From Paramoeba atlantica (lineage: Eukaryota > Protista > Discosea): a stretch of DNA of 64,000 nt. This document shows positions 63,901-64,000 of the stretch, piece after piece. Position 1 is the first letter of the stretch. Each line of letters starts with the position of its first letter. The translations under genes and the position numbers were made by a program. The notes beneath the pieces are model-generated. The model made no database searches. It saw only the letters and a program-made list of their open reading frames with translations, and had not been told where the DNA came from. The DNA is taken from NCBI GenBank assembly GCA_977017575.1, contig CDRNVI010000152.1:18872-82871 (forward strand), given 5' to 3'.

Positions 63901-64000
63901 TAGTTGAATATGTGAGGAAGAGAGAGAGAGAGAGGATATTGAGTATGCAGGCTAAATGGGCAGATCTGAGACTGAGAGTGAACTTCTATGTTTTCAGAAA

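Overview
AT-rich eukaryotic (protist) nuclear DNA with short GT-AG introns and long purine/pyrimidine low-complexity tracts. The SSU sequence looks amoebozoan, possibly dactylopodid (Paramoeba-like); that is from memory and needs BLAST. The window holds one complete 18S-5.8S-28S rDNA unit (minus, ~29.4-36.2 kb) that is not in a visible tandem array. It also has two intact 5S genes plus a chimeric 5S pseudogene, four intact tRNA genes (Arg-UCU x2, Glu-UUC, Phe-GAA) and tRNA relics. Host genes are a di-ubiquitin with a truncated second unit, an ADF/cofilin, a PB1/coiled-coil gene, an HSP70 3' fragment and decayed multi-exon LRR genes. Mobile DNA is dense: a full-length Copia element (219-bp LTRs, CAAAT TSD), a piggyBac-like element, a gag-protease-chromo LTR element with no RT or integrase, Gypsy and LINE relics, a tRNA-headed SINE-like insertion with a 15-bp TSD, and a dispersed ~50-bp hairpin. 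Repeats show strong directional CpG->TpG/CpA erosion, implying CpG methylation. At the left edge an intact, CpG-rich TET/JBP-like dioxygenase gene lies tail-to-tail with a Ulp1-type SUMO protease gene, the best candidate for an undescribed (possibly transposon-borne anti-silencing) module. Most ORFs in the supplied track are low-complexity artefacts.
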